A stretch of DNA of 63,227 nt, filler included, from 7 parts of 7 records of this genome joined end to end with filler, not necessarily neighbours in it; one strand, 5' to 3'. Positions 50,772 to 60,437 are shown, counted from the first letter of the whole stretch. Notes: generated by a model not told the origin, from the letters alone. Translations and numbers: made by a program.

Positions 50772-51617
50772 ATGGAAAATTTCACATTTGATACTTATCT
50801 TTTTGCATTTCTTTTAACCCTTTTTGCAGGACTTTCTACTAGTATTGGTGCTATGCTTGCATTTTTTTCACACCAAAAAAACGAACGATTTTTATCTTTA
50901 GGGCTTGGATTCTCAGCAGGAGTGATGATATATGTTTCTTTTATGGAGATACTTTCAAAATCTTCTGAATCATTTGGAGTATTACTTCAAAATGATATTC
51001 TAGGAGAGTCTTTAACTCTTTTATGTTTTTTTCTAGGGATCGCTATCACTGCATTTATAGATAGATCGATCCCTCAAGATGTCAATCCCCATGAACCAAA
51101 ATCAGAACAAGAACTTGAAGAGTTAAAACCTGAACGTCACAATTCTGTTTTAAAAACTACTGCTTTAAAAAGAACTGGGATATTTACAGCTCTTGCTATT
51201 GGGATTCATAACTTTCCAGAAGGGTTTGCAACTTTTGTGGCCTCTTTAGAAAATATCACTTTAGGATTGAGTATAGCAGTTGCTATTGCTATTCATAATA
51301 TTCCTGAGGGGATGGCAGTTTCACTTCCAATCTATCATGCAACAGGAGATAAGAAAAAAGCTTTTTGGTATGCGACACTCTCAGGTATTTCAGAACCTAT
51401 TGGAGCACTTTTAGGATTTTTTATTTTATTCCCTTTTATGGGAGAAGCTACTTTAGGGATCACTTTTGGAATCGTTGCAGGGATAATGATCTATATCTCT
51501 TTTGATGAGCTTTTACCAGCTGCTAGAGTGTATGGAAATGCCCATACTACAATTTTAGGTTTAACTTTAGGTATGCTAGTGATGGCTATGAGTTTAATAC
51601 TTTTTAAACTATTTTAG
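50772..51617 (+). CDS. zupT: ZIP-family zinc transporter ZupT
   Basis: GFSAGVMIYVSF, IHNFPEG, IHNIPEG, SFDELLPAA. Confidence 0.92.
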   Translation: MENFTFDTYLFAFLLTLFAGLSTSIGAMLAFFSHQKNERFLSLGLGFSAGVMIYVSFMEILSKSSESFGVLLQNDILGESLTLLCFFLGIAITAFIDRSIPQDVNPHEPKSEQELEELKPERHNSVLKTTALKRTGIFTALAIGIHNFPEGFATFVASLENITLGLSIAVAIAIHNIPEGMAVSLPIYHATGDKKKAFWYATLSGISEPIGALLGFFILFPFMGEATLGITFGIVAGIMIYISFDELLPAARVYGNAHTTILGLTLGMLVMAMSLILFKLF

Positions 51618-51622
51618 TTTTG

Positions 51623-51648
51623 ATTCTATCCCTAGCTAGGGATAGAAT
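51623..51648. terminator. Perfect 26-bp palindrome between convergent zupT and phoD, overlapping the phoD stop
   Basis: ATTCTATCCCTAG|CTAGGGATAGAAT. Confidence 0.55.
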
Positions 51649-53395
51649 ATGTAATTGTTTTTGCTCTTGAGCTACTTAAATTATAATCAGTTGAATCATA
51701 GTTGTCCACATACTGCCAATTTGCAGTTGCACTTGAAGCGGTAAATGTCACAGTCATAAAACCTCTATCGTAGGCATTAAGATACTCTAAAGAATCTATT
51801 AAGAGCTCAATTGCTCCCTCAAATTGTAAAGCAGTTGCAGCATCACTTAACCCTGCATACTCTTCAAGACCTGGAGAAGTTACAGATGGAGTTGCAAACT
51901 CGATTCCCACTTGATCGCCATTCATATCGATAAGGTTATTATTCCAAGCATTATGTGTATCACCTGCTAAAACTACTAAGTTTTTTGCTAAAGCTTTTAC
52001 TGTGCCATAGATCACTTCTCTCTCAGCATAATACCCATCCCAAGCATCAAGGTTATATGGAATAGTTGTATTCAATCTTGCTAATTCTTCTTCAGTAACT
52101 GTAGTATCTCCTTGTAAAACTCTCGTTTTAATAGTCACAAGCTCAGTTAGTTTTGTATTAAGTGCTGATAATAATGCAGTTTTTGTCTCACCCTCAGCAC
52201 CTTCTAATTGTGATATGATCATTAAAAGTTCACTTGGTAGATTCATTTTACCCATCAATACTTGCTGACCTAAAACTTGCCAAGTTGCTGTTGATGTTTG
52301 CAACTCTGTTTGAAGCCATGCTAATTGTTCAGCCCCTAGCATTGTTCTACTTTGATCTGTAAGTTCAGCTGTAAATGTAGCACTATCAAAATTTCCCTGT
52401 GTATCATAATAATCTGCATAACTTAATTGCTTATCTCTTCCAAAGATTCTAGTTTCTAGCATATGTAATGATACAAGATCTCCAAAATCAAAGCTTCTAA
52501 ATATCTGCTTTTTATCATCTACTGGACGAATTGGTAACCACTCAAAATAAGCTTGCAGTGCATCAGCTACCCTTTGAGTAAAATCACCCTCACCATCATT
52601 ATGATTCTCTGCTCCATCTTTATACGTATCATTTGCTATCTCATGATCATCCCATACTACGATCATTGGGCATTTTGCATGGATCGCTTGTAATCCAGCA
52701 TCCGTATGATATAAAGCATATCTTTTTCTATAATCACTTAAAGTAAATAACTCAGTATTATTATCCTCAGGTAATACTCTTCCAATAGTTTCAGCTTTAC
52801 TTGTAGCATATGCAGGGATTTTTGCTTCAAAATCATCATTTTCATACATCCCATACTCATAAATATAATCTCCCACATGAACTGTTACATCTAGATCATC
52901 AAGTTTTGAGGCTGCATCATACACATTAAAATATCCATTTGGATAGTTTGCACAGGTAAATACTGCCATTTTTACTTGCTCTGGAGTATCTGTTGGTAGT
53001 GTTTTGGCTATTCCTACAGAAGAGATAGTCTCATTGACTAAAAATCTATAATAGTATTTTGTAGCAGCTGTTAGATTTTGAACATCTACTTTTACTGTAA
53101 AGTCTCCATCTTTTGTAGCTGTATATGTTCCATTGTTTGTAATATTTGTAAACGCTTCATCTGTAGCTACTTCAAAATTTACCTCTATATCACTATCAAT
53201 ATTCTCTACATGACTTACCCTTGTCCAAATGATCACTTTATCACTCAGTGGATCTCCACTGGCAACTCCATGATTAAATGCAACATTTAGTGATGAATCA
53301 CTACTTCCACATCCACTAAGACCTGTTGAGATTAAAAGTGAAGACGCTGCAAATGCAGATATCTTTAAAAACTCTCTTCTTGAAATTGTTATCAT
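51632..53395 (-). CDS. phoD: Alkaline phosphatase D, Tat-exported lipoprotein
   Basis: SRREFLK Tat motif and LSGC lipobox; HGVASGDP, HVGDYIYE, WDDHE, DAWDGY, LAGDTH. Confidence 0.93.
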   Translation of the reverse strand: MITISRREFLKISAFAASSLLISTGLSGCGSSDSSLNVAFNHGVASGDPLSDKVIIWTRVSHVENIDSDIEVNFEVATDEAFTNITNNGTYTATKDGDFTVKVDVQNLTAATKYYYRFLVNETISSVGIAKTLPTDTPEQVKMAVFTCANYPNGYFNVYDAASKLDDLDVTVHVGDYIYEYGMYENDDFEAKIPAYATSKAETIGRVLPEDNNTELFTLSDYRKRYALYHTDAGLQAIHAKCPMIVVWDDHEIANDTYKDGAENHNDGEGDFTQRVADALQAYFEWLPIRPVDDKKQIFRSFDFGDLVSLHMLETRIFGRDKQLSYADYYDTQGNFDSATFTAELTDQSRTMLGAEQLAWLQTELQTSTATWQVLGQQVLMGKMNLPSELLMIISQLEGAEGETKTALLSALNTKLTELVTIKTRVLQGDTTVTEEELARLNTTIPYNLDAWDGYYAEREVIYGTVKALAKNLVVLAGDTHNAWNNNLIDMNGDQVGIEFATPSVTSPGLEEYAGLSDAATALQFEGAIELLIDSLEYLNAYDRGFMTVTFTASSATANWQYVDNYDSTDYNLSSSRAKTITYSIPS

Positions 53396-53409
53396 TGTAT
53401 TTCCTCATC

Positions 53410-53437
53410 AAAAAAAGGGCGACGTAAAAGTCACCCT
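53410..53437 (-). terminator. Intrinsic terminator between the fused phosphatase gene and phoD
   Basis: Minus strand AGGGTGAC-TTTTAC-GTCGCCCT followed by a T-run. Confidence 0.7.
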
Positions 53438-53463
53438 ATATTTCTTAAAACCAAATTTTAAAC

Positions 53464-56298
53464 TTATTTGATCTCATAAATTGCAGTTGAACCACTCATC
53501 TCATAAGAAACAAGTAATAAAGCTTTTCCATTTGGAGAATCACTCGCATCTATAAACTTCATCCCCTCTGGAGAGATATCGCCAGCGGATCCAGTCTCCA
53601 CGTATCCCACATAAGATGCAGCAGTTGGAGTTGTAATATCATAGATTAATAATGCATTTTGTCTCTCTAAACCTATAAATGCATATGTTTTTCCATCAAT
53701 TGTTCCTACTGTTAAAGCTTCTGGTTCTGCACCTTTATTTCCACTTCTTCCATCCATTTCACCCTCATCTTGGTTAAATAGTGCTGGTTGAATTTGTGCA
53801 ACTTTTTTAGAAATCTCATCTCCACTATCCCATACTAGATCACCATTTGCATCCCAAATAGAGAAACTTCTAGCTCCATATGTATATAATTTATCATAGT
53901 CACCATCACTATCAGTATCTCCAAGATCAACCATCACTTTTAGATCATTTTCACTTGTATAAGCATCTGCTATTGTAGGATCAAGAGTTAGTTTTGAGAT
54001 TTTTGACTCATCCACATGAGACTCTTGTTCATCTCCATTTCCATCATTATATAAATACTCTCTTCCATCACCCTCATTTGCAGTTACTAAATAAGTAGCT
54101 CCATTTGAAGTATATGAAGCAATTGAATCTGGCTGATATAATCCAAAAAGACCTGGATAAGATTTCATCTTGATAAGCCCCTCTTCTTCAATATCTATAG
54201 TATTTCCTGAAGCTTCGTTATAACTTTTTGCCCCAAAAGATTTAATATACTCTAAAGCATTTGTAGTAAGATTTACTTTTGCTAATGCATTGTTCTCTTG
54301 TAATGTTACATACGCATACTCTCCACTTACAGCAACATACTCTGGCTCTAAATCTTTTGTTTGCGAATTACTTGGTGTTCCTCCAAGTCTTACAGCAGTT
54401 CCATCACTTGCATCAGTTGTAGTGATATCTAAAGCGATATCCGTGTATGAATAATCTGCCATAGAGATAACTCCGATACTTCCCTCTGGATCCACACTGT
54501 AATCTCCATTAGGCTCACCCTCATTTGCAACGATCACTTTTGAACCATCTTCATTAAATGTAACCATATCAGGTAAGTACCCTGCTTCTACTGTTTGAAG
54601 ATGTGTTCCATTTGTATCAAAGAATACAACATTTCCCTTGCTATTAGTTTTTAACCCATCAGTTGATTTATTATCAACTGCAACTGCAACTTTTCCATTA
54701 TATACCGCTACTGAATTAACTCCTGTACCATATGCTGATAAAGATACACTTGATACTAATGCAGGAGCTGTTACATCAGAGATATTTACAATATCTAAAG
54801 CATTGTTTGCACCATTTGTGATAAACATTCTTTTTGTATCTTTATCAAATGCTACAATTTCACTTCCACCTTCAGTATTTGTATCATATGATCCAAGTTT
54901 TTCAAGTTTTCCTGAAAGGTTTAGATTTGAAACAGTATATAAAGTATTTCCATCAACAGTTGTGCTATCACTATCAAGATACTTTTGCTCTAATACACCA
55001 CCTGTTGACCATGTAGCAAAGTCATCATCATTTACAATTCCAAGATCACCGTTTCTAAATACAATAAGACCTTCCATTTTATCGTGTGGATATGAAACTT
55101 CTTTGACCATATCAACAACAAGTTCTTTTCCAACTGGATAGATCCCTTTTGCTTCTAAAGCTTCCCATCCACCATTTAATACAGTTTGCTCTAATGTTTG
55201 ACCATCAATAGTAAGACCATATTCAGCATCTTGAGCCATTCCATTTTGCAAAGAAACATTTTCTAACTCTGTACCACTTGAAAGTGTAATTTTGTAAACA
55301 TGTTTTTGAAGATCACTTGTATCTTTTAAAAAGCTTCCATCTCTTTCAATAATTAAAAACTCATCATTTGTAAGAGCTACGATCTCTGAGTTTGAGTTTT
55401 GTGTTTTCTCTTGCTTGTAAAGATATTGTTTTGCTGCACCAGTTTCCACATCTACTGTTACAATTCTTGTGATATTAAGATCTTTTACCTCTGAAGATGG
55501 AAGATACATAGTTGATTGCATGATCCCAACTAATGTTTTTTCATCTGGAGTGATCGTTAAACCTTCCATTCCTCTATTTGCTCTTCTATAAGCAAATTCA
55601 GCTGGTAATTGGTGAGTTAATCTTGTATCTGAAGCAAAAGGGTTGATACGACCGATCTCTTTTCCATCTGCATCAAAGTGAACCATATGTGGACCATACT
55701 CATCACTTACCCAAAAAGTACCATCAGATAATGCTGCTAACCCTTCACCATCTAAACCATAATCATCAAGTTTGATATTTCCCTCATCATCCAAGATAGT
55801 ATTTCCATCTGCATCGTATGGAGTTTCTCCTGTTCCACCTAGAGCTGATGTATTTGGAAGTCCTGTAATAGTTGAACCATCAGGTCTTTTTAATAAGATA
55901 TCTTTTACTTTAGATACTGAACCATCTGATTGAATCTCAAAAAGACCAATTCTAGGTACATAATCTGGAACTGGAAATTTTTTTCCTTTTCCATCATCCC
56001 CTGTAAATGTTGCATTAGGTCCTCTATCTGTTAAAGCATAGAACTGGTTATCATTTGTAGGATGAGCTGCTGCTGCTGATCCATATCCACCATTTCTAAC
56101 GAAAAACTTTTCACCCTCTTTTGCACCATTATCTAATTCACTTCCAATCTCAGTATACTCTAATACTGCTCCTGTATTAAAGAACTTTGCTATTGTAGTA
56201 TCAGATGAGCTATCACTTGATGAACTACCACACCCTGTTAATGAAATAGATAATAATGCACTTGCAACTGCACCACTTAACCAATATTTTTTATTCAT
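53464..56298 (-). CDS. Lipoprotein fusing a phytase-like esterase domain and a choice-of-anchor-I/alkaline-phosphatase-associated beta-propeller
   Basis: Lipobox LTGC; N-half ALTDRGPN, LDGEG, SDEYGP, NRGMEG, NDDDF; C-half PDMVTF, VANEGEP, EPEY, TLQENN, ANEGDGRE, RSGNKGAEPE, SPEG; start MNKKYW with AGGAG RBS. Confidence 0.8.
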   Translation of the reverse strand: MNKKYWLSGAVASALLSISLTGCGSSSSDSSSDTTIAKFFNTGAVLEYTEIGSELDNGAKEGEKFFVRNGGYGSAAAAHPTNDNQFYALTDRGPNATFTGDDGKGKKFPVPDYVPRIGLFEIQSDGSVSKVKDILLKRPDGSTITGLPNTSALGGTGETPYDADGNTILDDEGNIKLDDYGLDGEGLAALSDGTFWVSDEYGPHMVHFDADGKEIGRINPFASDTRLTHQLPAEFAYRRANRGMEGLTITPDEKTLVGIMQSTMYLPSSEVKDLNITRIVTVDVETGAAKQYLYKQEKTQNSNSEIVALTNDEFLIIERDGSFLKDTSDLQKHVYKITLSSGTELENVSLQNGMAQDAEYGLTIDGQTLEQTVLNGGWEALEAKGIYPVGKELVVDMVKEVSYPHDKMEGLIVFRNGDLGIVNDDDFATWSTGGVLEQKYLDSDSTTVDGNTLYTVSNLNLSGKLEKLGSYDTNTEGGSEIVAFDKDTKRMFITNGANNALDIVNISDVTAPALVSSVSLSAYGTGVNSVAVYNGKVAVAVDNKSTDGLKTNSKGNVVFFDTNGTHLQTVEAGYLPDMVTFNEDGSKVIVANEGEPNGDYSVDPEGSIGVISMADYSYTDIALDITTTDASDGTAVRLGGTPSNSQTKDLEPEYVAVSGEYAYVTLQENNALAKVNLTTNALEYIKSFGAKSYNEASGNTIDIEEEGLIKMKSYPGLFGLYQPDSIASYTSNGATYLVTANEGDGREYLYNDGNGDEQESHVDESKISKLTLDPTIADAYTSENDLKVMVDLGDTDSDGDYDKLYTYGARSFSIWDANGDLVWDSGDEISKKVAQIQPALFNQDEGEMDGRSGNKGAEPEALTVGTIDGKTYAFIGLERQNALLIYDITTPTAASYVGYVETGSAGDISPEGMKFIDASDSPNGKALLLVSYEMSGSTAIYEIK

Positions 56299-56325
56299 GT
56301 TGTCTCCTGTTTGTAAATTCGTCAC

Positions 56326-56358
56326 ATTTTACTTTCCAAAAGCTACAAATTGGTTACA
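56326..56358 (-). promoter_or_regulatory. Pho-box-like promoter for the phosphatase genes
   Basis: Minus strand TGTAAC-caatt-TGTAGC (11-nt period), then exactly 10 nt, then -10 TAAAAT. Confidence 0.6.
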
Positions 56359-56458
56359 TTATAAAATAATTTTTTATTTATTTTATCTCCCATTAAGGAT
56401 AGTTTATAAAAAACTGGTGTAGTATTAAAATAATAATCTCTTATATTAAGAAGTAAAA

Positions 56459-57145
56459 ATGGATAAATCAGTTATAAATTACTTTAAAAATAAAACTATT
56501 CTTATTACTGAAGACCATCAAGAGACTCTTGATAATCTAGAATCTTATCTAAAGCATATTTTTAAAGAAGTCTTCACTGCAAAAGATGGAGATGAGTGTT
56601 TTGAACAATTTGAATATTACAAACCTGATTTTTTGATCACAGATATTGAGATGCCTAAAACAAATGGGTTAAAAACCATTGAAAAAATAAGACAGATTGA
56701 CCATAAGTTTCCTATCATCATTATTTCAGCTTACAATACAGTTGAATATCTTTTAAAAGCTTCAAATCTTGATATTCAAGGATACTTATTAAAACCTTTA
56801 GGTATGGATGACCTGAACAATATACTTATTAAAATATATAATTTTGATAATGTTTGGATTCAATTAACCAAAACATTAAAATATAGCTATATCAACTCTT
56901 CTCTTATACATAAAGAGAAGTTTATAGCTTTAGGGCATAAAGAGAATGAGTTTTTAAATATACTTATTTATAATAAAGGAGCTGTAGTCTCTTATGAAGT
57001 TTTAGAAGATTCTATATGGGGAAAAGATAATGAAAGCATGTCTTTTGATTCTATAAGAAGCCTTGTAAAAAAATTAAGGAAAAAAATTCCAGAAGATATT
57101 ATAGAAAATGTCTCTAAAAGTGGATATAGAATATCTACTTTTTGA
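56459..57145 (+). CDS. OmpR-family response regulator (orphan in this contig)
   Basis: ED..., TDIEMP phosphoacceptor, KP, winged-helix VKKLRKKI...GYRI. Confidence 0.88.
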   Translation: MDKSVINYFKNKTILITEDHQETLDNLESYLKHIFKEVFTAKDGDECFEQFEYYKPDFLITDIEMPKTNGLKTIEKIRQIDHKFPIIIISAYNTVEYLLKASNLDIQGYLLKPLGMDDLNNILIKIYNFDNVWIQLTKTLKYSYINSSLIHKEKFIALGHKENEFLNILIYNKGAVVSYEVLEDSIWGKDNESMSFDSIRSLVKKLRKKIPEDIIENVSKSGYRISTF

Positions 57146-57437
57146 GTTGTATTGAAGAGAAATCTATTATTGACCCATTGCCAAAAATGTGTAAATCCCA
57201 CTTAACATAATAACAAAAAAACCAGTAGTAATAGAATAACTCATTAAACTATTATCATAATCTTTAAATAACTTATCACTTTTCATCTCAGACCTCCGTA
57301 ATAAATTTTCATTATGGTATTATTACAAAAAGTTATGGCTAAAAAGTGGCTTAATAAAAACAAAATGAATTATTTAAGCAATTTTACATTTACTTTATAT
57401 TATAGTTGTACTTTTATGAAGCTACTAAAGGATCAAT

Positions 57438-57789
57438 ATGAATCGTCTCTTTGCCAATGTCTCTCACAAACAAAAAATGTTTTTAAATATGTTGCTTGCC
57501 CAAATGGGTATGTTTAGTTTAACCTTGATCATTGTATTTTTTGAGGGGGATCTAACAAGTGCTATTGCCGTTAACATTATTTTTGCTATTGTTGTAGCGT
57601 ATACACAGTGGGCAACATTCAATAGAGTATTAGAAGGAATAAAAATCTTTAATGATAAGATGCAGTATATTATGGATTTCTCATTTATGCGTATCAATGA
57701 GATACCTGCACTTGATTATTCATTTAATGATGAGATAGGATGGATCTTAAAAGAGTTTAAAAAGTTTGAGGGTGAATTTGATCGTCTGA
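57438..57789 (+). CDS. Membrane protein, probably a methyl-accepting chemotaxis protein; 3' truncated
   Basis: Two close TM helices followed by a HAMP-like NDEIG segment; AAGGA RBS. Confidence 0.55.
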
Positions 57790-57889
57790 NNNNNNNNNNN
57801 NNNNNNNNNNNNNNNNNNNNNNNNNNNNNNNNNTTAATTAATTAANNNNNNNNNNNNNNNNNNNNNNNNNNNNNNNNNNNNNNNNNNNN
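57790..57889. other. Artificial contig spacer
   Basis: N-run with TTAATTAATTAA. Confidence 0.98.
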
Positions 57890-58033
57890 CATAAAAAATA
57901 AAACTAAAATTAAAAAGGCCGGATAAATCAGGACCCCTACCCTGAGTCGCCGTGGGGGGATGTCGTGCAAGAATGCTGTCATTCCCAGATCTCCCTCGGA
58001 TAATAGAAATAGATTTTACCCGTGTTTGGTTTT

Positions 58034-58075
58034 GGACGCAGCCCTTCCATATTGCCGGATGGGAAGGTTGCGTCC
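58034..58075 (-). terminator. GC-rich stem-loop just after the DUF3313 gene (terminator or stabiliser; no clear U-tract)
   Basis: GGACGCAGCCCTTCCAT...ATGGGAAGGTTGCGTCC, imperfect inverted repeat. Confidence 0.45.
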
Positions 58076-58087
58076 CGTCTATACTTT

Positions 58088-58747
58088 TTATTTCATCTTT
58101 GTGGTTTTCATAAATACGTCAAGCTTCTCGGCCCAGTACTCAAATGCAGCCTCTATAGGGGAGAGTTTGCTGACATCAAGCTTGCCTCCCGGATGCTTAT
58201 CAATGCCGGCTGCGATTCTTTCGTTTGTGAGGGAATCAAGGAACTCCACTTCAGCCGAGGCACTGCCGATGCCTGTATACTCTCCAGTGACGCCCCGTTT
58301 GACCAGGCTGATTGCCAGTCCCGCAGGTACAACCGTGGTTGCGGAACTGGTCACCGGGTTGCTGGGTTCAATGTTCGTCACTGCAAGCCGCATTCTGACC
58401 ACATCAGATCCTGGTGTATCTGTCAACCTGTCACCAAAGGTTTTCACGAATACCGAATGGAAGGTGTCGCCCAATTCCTTTATTTCACTGGGATGGATGC
58501 CTTTGTAATCGGCATCGGTATTAAAGAAAAAGACAACCTCATCCATCATTATTTTGTTGTACTTGCTAAAGTCCACACCGGGTTTCAGATAGCGGTTATC
58601 AACACCATCAGGCCCCTTGGTAAAGGTCGGGTGATTTTTTAGAAATCCCGAGGTGGCCGGTTTCTGGGGCTGGGACGACACGCAACCGATCAGTGTGCAG
58701 ATTGCGACAATAAAAAGGGCCATGATAACTCTACGATAATTCACCAT
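58088..58747 (-). CDS. DUF3313-like lipoprotein
   Basis: Lipobox LIGC; SGFL..., YNKIMMDEV, RLAVT, EVEFLDSLTNERIAAGID, FEYWA; start MVNYRR with GGAGG RBS. Confidence 0.75.
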   Translation of the reverse strand: MVNYRRVIMALFIVAICTLIGCVSSQPQKPATSGFLKNHPTFTKGPDGVDNRYLKPGVDFSKYNKIMMDEVVFFFNTDADYKGIHPSEIKELGDTFHSVFVKTFGDRLTDTPGSDVVRMRLAVTNIEPSNPVTSSATTVVPAGLAISLVKRGVTGEYTGIGSASAEVEFLDSLTNERIAAGIDKHPGGKLDVSKLSPIEAAFEYWAEKLDVFMKTTKMK

Positions 58748-58838
58748 TCTTTCCTCCATTTTCCTGTTAATTGGGTTTGTCGTGCTGCTGTATTTTCTCT
58801 GTTGAACAATACCCGGTACTACCAAGCTACGAGCCTGT

Positions 58839-59690
58839 TCAAAAATTAAAACTAAAGCCGATGGCAGGACCGCTCATGCTTAGATCCTGGATCATCTGTT
58901 TTCCATCATCTTCGAATTCAATGTGCCGAAATCCAATCATTGCTTTGATTCTGTCGGAAAATGAATACCCGATGGCTGCGAAAATCTGCCAGGTTAAATC
59001 GACATCCCCGGCGCCGATATCCATTTCAAAAGGAATAAACCAATTTGTTTTCCCCAAAGACATGCTTCCCCTGATTCCTGCAATACCGTTCCAGAGATCA
59101 TCATCCTCTTTATATTTGCCCGACTGGGCAAAGGTCTGTCCAGGACCCGGGCCGTTGACGGCTCCCGAAAGCCGCCATTGGACTTCAGGTTCCATCCACA
59201 AGTATCTGAATCCTGCAACAACATCCATGGTTAACCAATGGTTTGCCACAACCTGGTAGCCCGCTCCAAAGGTTGAAACAAAACTTTCCATTTCAACATC
59301 TGTCCCGATATCCAGGTCTGTGGTGGCAATGGGGCCGGCGAAGTCTACACTTTCAATTTTACTCTCCGATGAGGAAAGCTTCATGTATATGAAATCAGCG
59401 ATGATGGACCACTTGCCCTTTTGGGCCCTCATGGTCAGCAGCAATGCCGCATCCAGATTTTCAAGGTAATCATCCGGCTCGACTTTAACGGTGACCTCCC
59501 CTCCGGATCCGCTGGGTGGGGTGAACTTCATCTCCGATTCAACGGATGGAAACCAGGCATAGGGCTGTATTGAAAACTGCCAGGAATTCTTTTCTGCAGC
59601 TGCTGCATAATCTGATACAAGGATGGTCAGCAGGCACAACATGCCCAGTGGAATTACCAAAATTTTGCATTGTGTCTCTTTAGTCGACAT
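58839..59690 (-). CDS. Outer-membrane beta-barrel protein
   Basis: Signal peptide; WQFSIQPYAWFP start; amphipathic strands; C-terminal GPAIGFSFNF. Confidence 0.75.
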   Translation of the reverse strand: MSTKETQCKILVIPLGMLCLLTILVSDYAAAAEKNSWQFSIQPYAWFPSVESEMKFTPPSGSGGEVTVKVEPDDYLENLDAALLLTMRAQKGKWSIIADFIYMKLSSSESKIESVDFAGPIATTDLDIGTDVEMESFVSTFGAGYQVVANHWLTMDVVAGFRYLWMEPEVQWRLSGAVNGPGPGQTFAQSGKYKEDDDLWNGIAGIRGSMSLGKTNWFIPFEMDIGAGDVDLTWQIFAAIGYSFSDRIKAMIGFRHIEFEDDGKQMIQDLSMSGPAIGFSFNF

Positions 59691-59737
59691 TATTCAGTCT
59701 CTTGCTTTTATGTGTTGATTGCTAAAAACGAATTGAA

Positions 59738-60088
59738 TTATTTGCGGTTGTGTTCGGCTCTTATTTGAATAAGTGTTTCAAAACCGTGGGATTCTATGAT
59801 TTTATCAAACCGAATATCCGGCTCCTTTTTTGACATTTCCAGTGCCACCAGAATCCTTTGATAGAGTCTTGATCTAATGTGGGAATTCAATGCCTTTTGA
59901 TTTTTCCACAACTCTTCAAACATGATCATCTCAGCGTCATTTACCCCGCGGTAAAGGTAGGCATAAATACAGTCCGGTTCAGATTTAATCTGCTCACTGA
60001 TGGAATGGAGGATGTCTATGACCTCATTTTGTTCTGCCAACGGCACCTTTAGCCGGATTGATGAACGGATCAGACCATTATCTAACAT
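59738..60088 (-). CDS. Antibiotic biosynthesis monooxygenase (ABM)-domain protein
   Basis: EPDC..Y.L...FEELW.....L.SH.RS..Y pattern. Confidence 0.75.
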   Translation of the reverse strand: MLDNGLIRSSIRLKVPLAEQNEVIDILHSISEQIKSEPDCIYAYLYRGVNDAEMIMFEELWKNQKALNSHIRSRLYQRILVALEMSKKEPDIRFDKIIESHGFETLIQIRAEHNRK

Positions 60089-60167
60089 ATCCCCCCCCCA
60101 AAAAAAAAAGAATGACTTATGAATCAGATCTCCAATGTATCGGTGCCCCGGCTTCCGAATAACTTGA

Positions 60168-60437
60168 TTACCGTACTCCCACCCTGTTTACCGGGCCTCC
60201 CATATTTGCAGGCCGGGCACCTGCACCTGGCGCACCAACACCAACCCCCGGTGTTGCCACCCGGACTGTGGTGCGGCGGGCAACCCCGGCATAACTCACC
60301 GGCGTTGCAGGTCTGCCCAAGCGGGCATCTGCGCTTTTCATCATGTTTATGTTAGTAAAAGGAACCTGGCCGTTCCACAGCAGCCCGGCTGCCACAAGGC
60401 CAAAACCAATCAAAAATCGAATTATGAGTCTTTTCAT
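60168..60437 (-). CDS. Small exported Gly/Arg/Pro-rich protein
   Basis: TAATG start-stop overlap with the upstream gene; GGAG RBS; hydrophobic N-terminus; GRPATPVSYAGVARRT motif. Confidence 0.7.
   Translation of the reverse strand: MKRLIIRFLIGFGLVAAGLLWNGQVPFTNINMMKSADARLGRPATPVSYAGVARRTTVRVATPGVGVGAPGAGARPANMGGPVNRVGVR

Noticed and set aside
57230-57315. Several ATTATCAT/TTATCA-like Fur half-sites upstream of the MCP
   Set aside because: No full palindrome; expected by chance at this AT content.
57960-59259. Long + strand ORFs (182, 206 and 162 aa)
   Set aside because: Antisense shadows of the DUF3313 and OMP genes in higher-GC DNA; no motifs.
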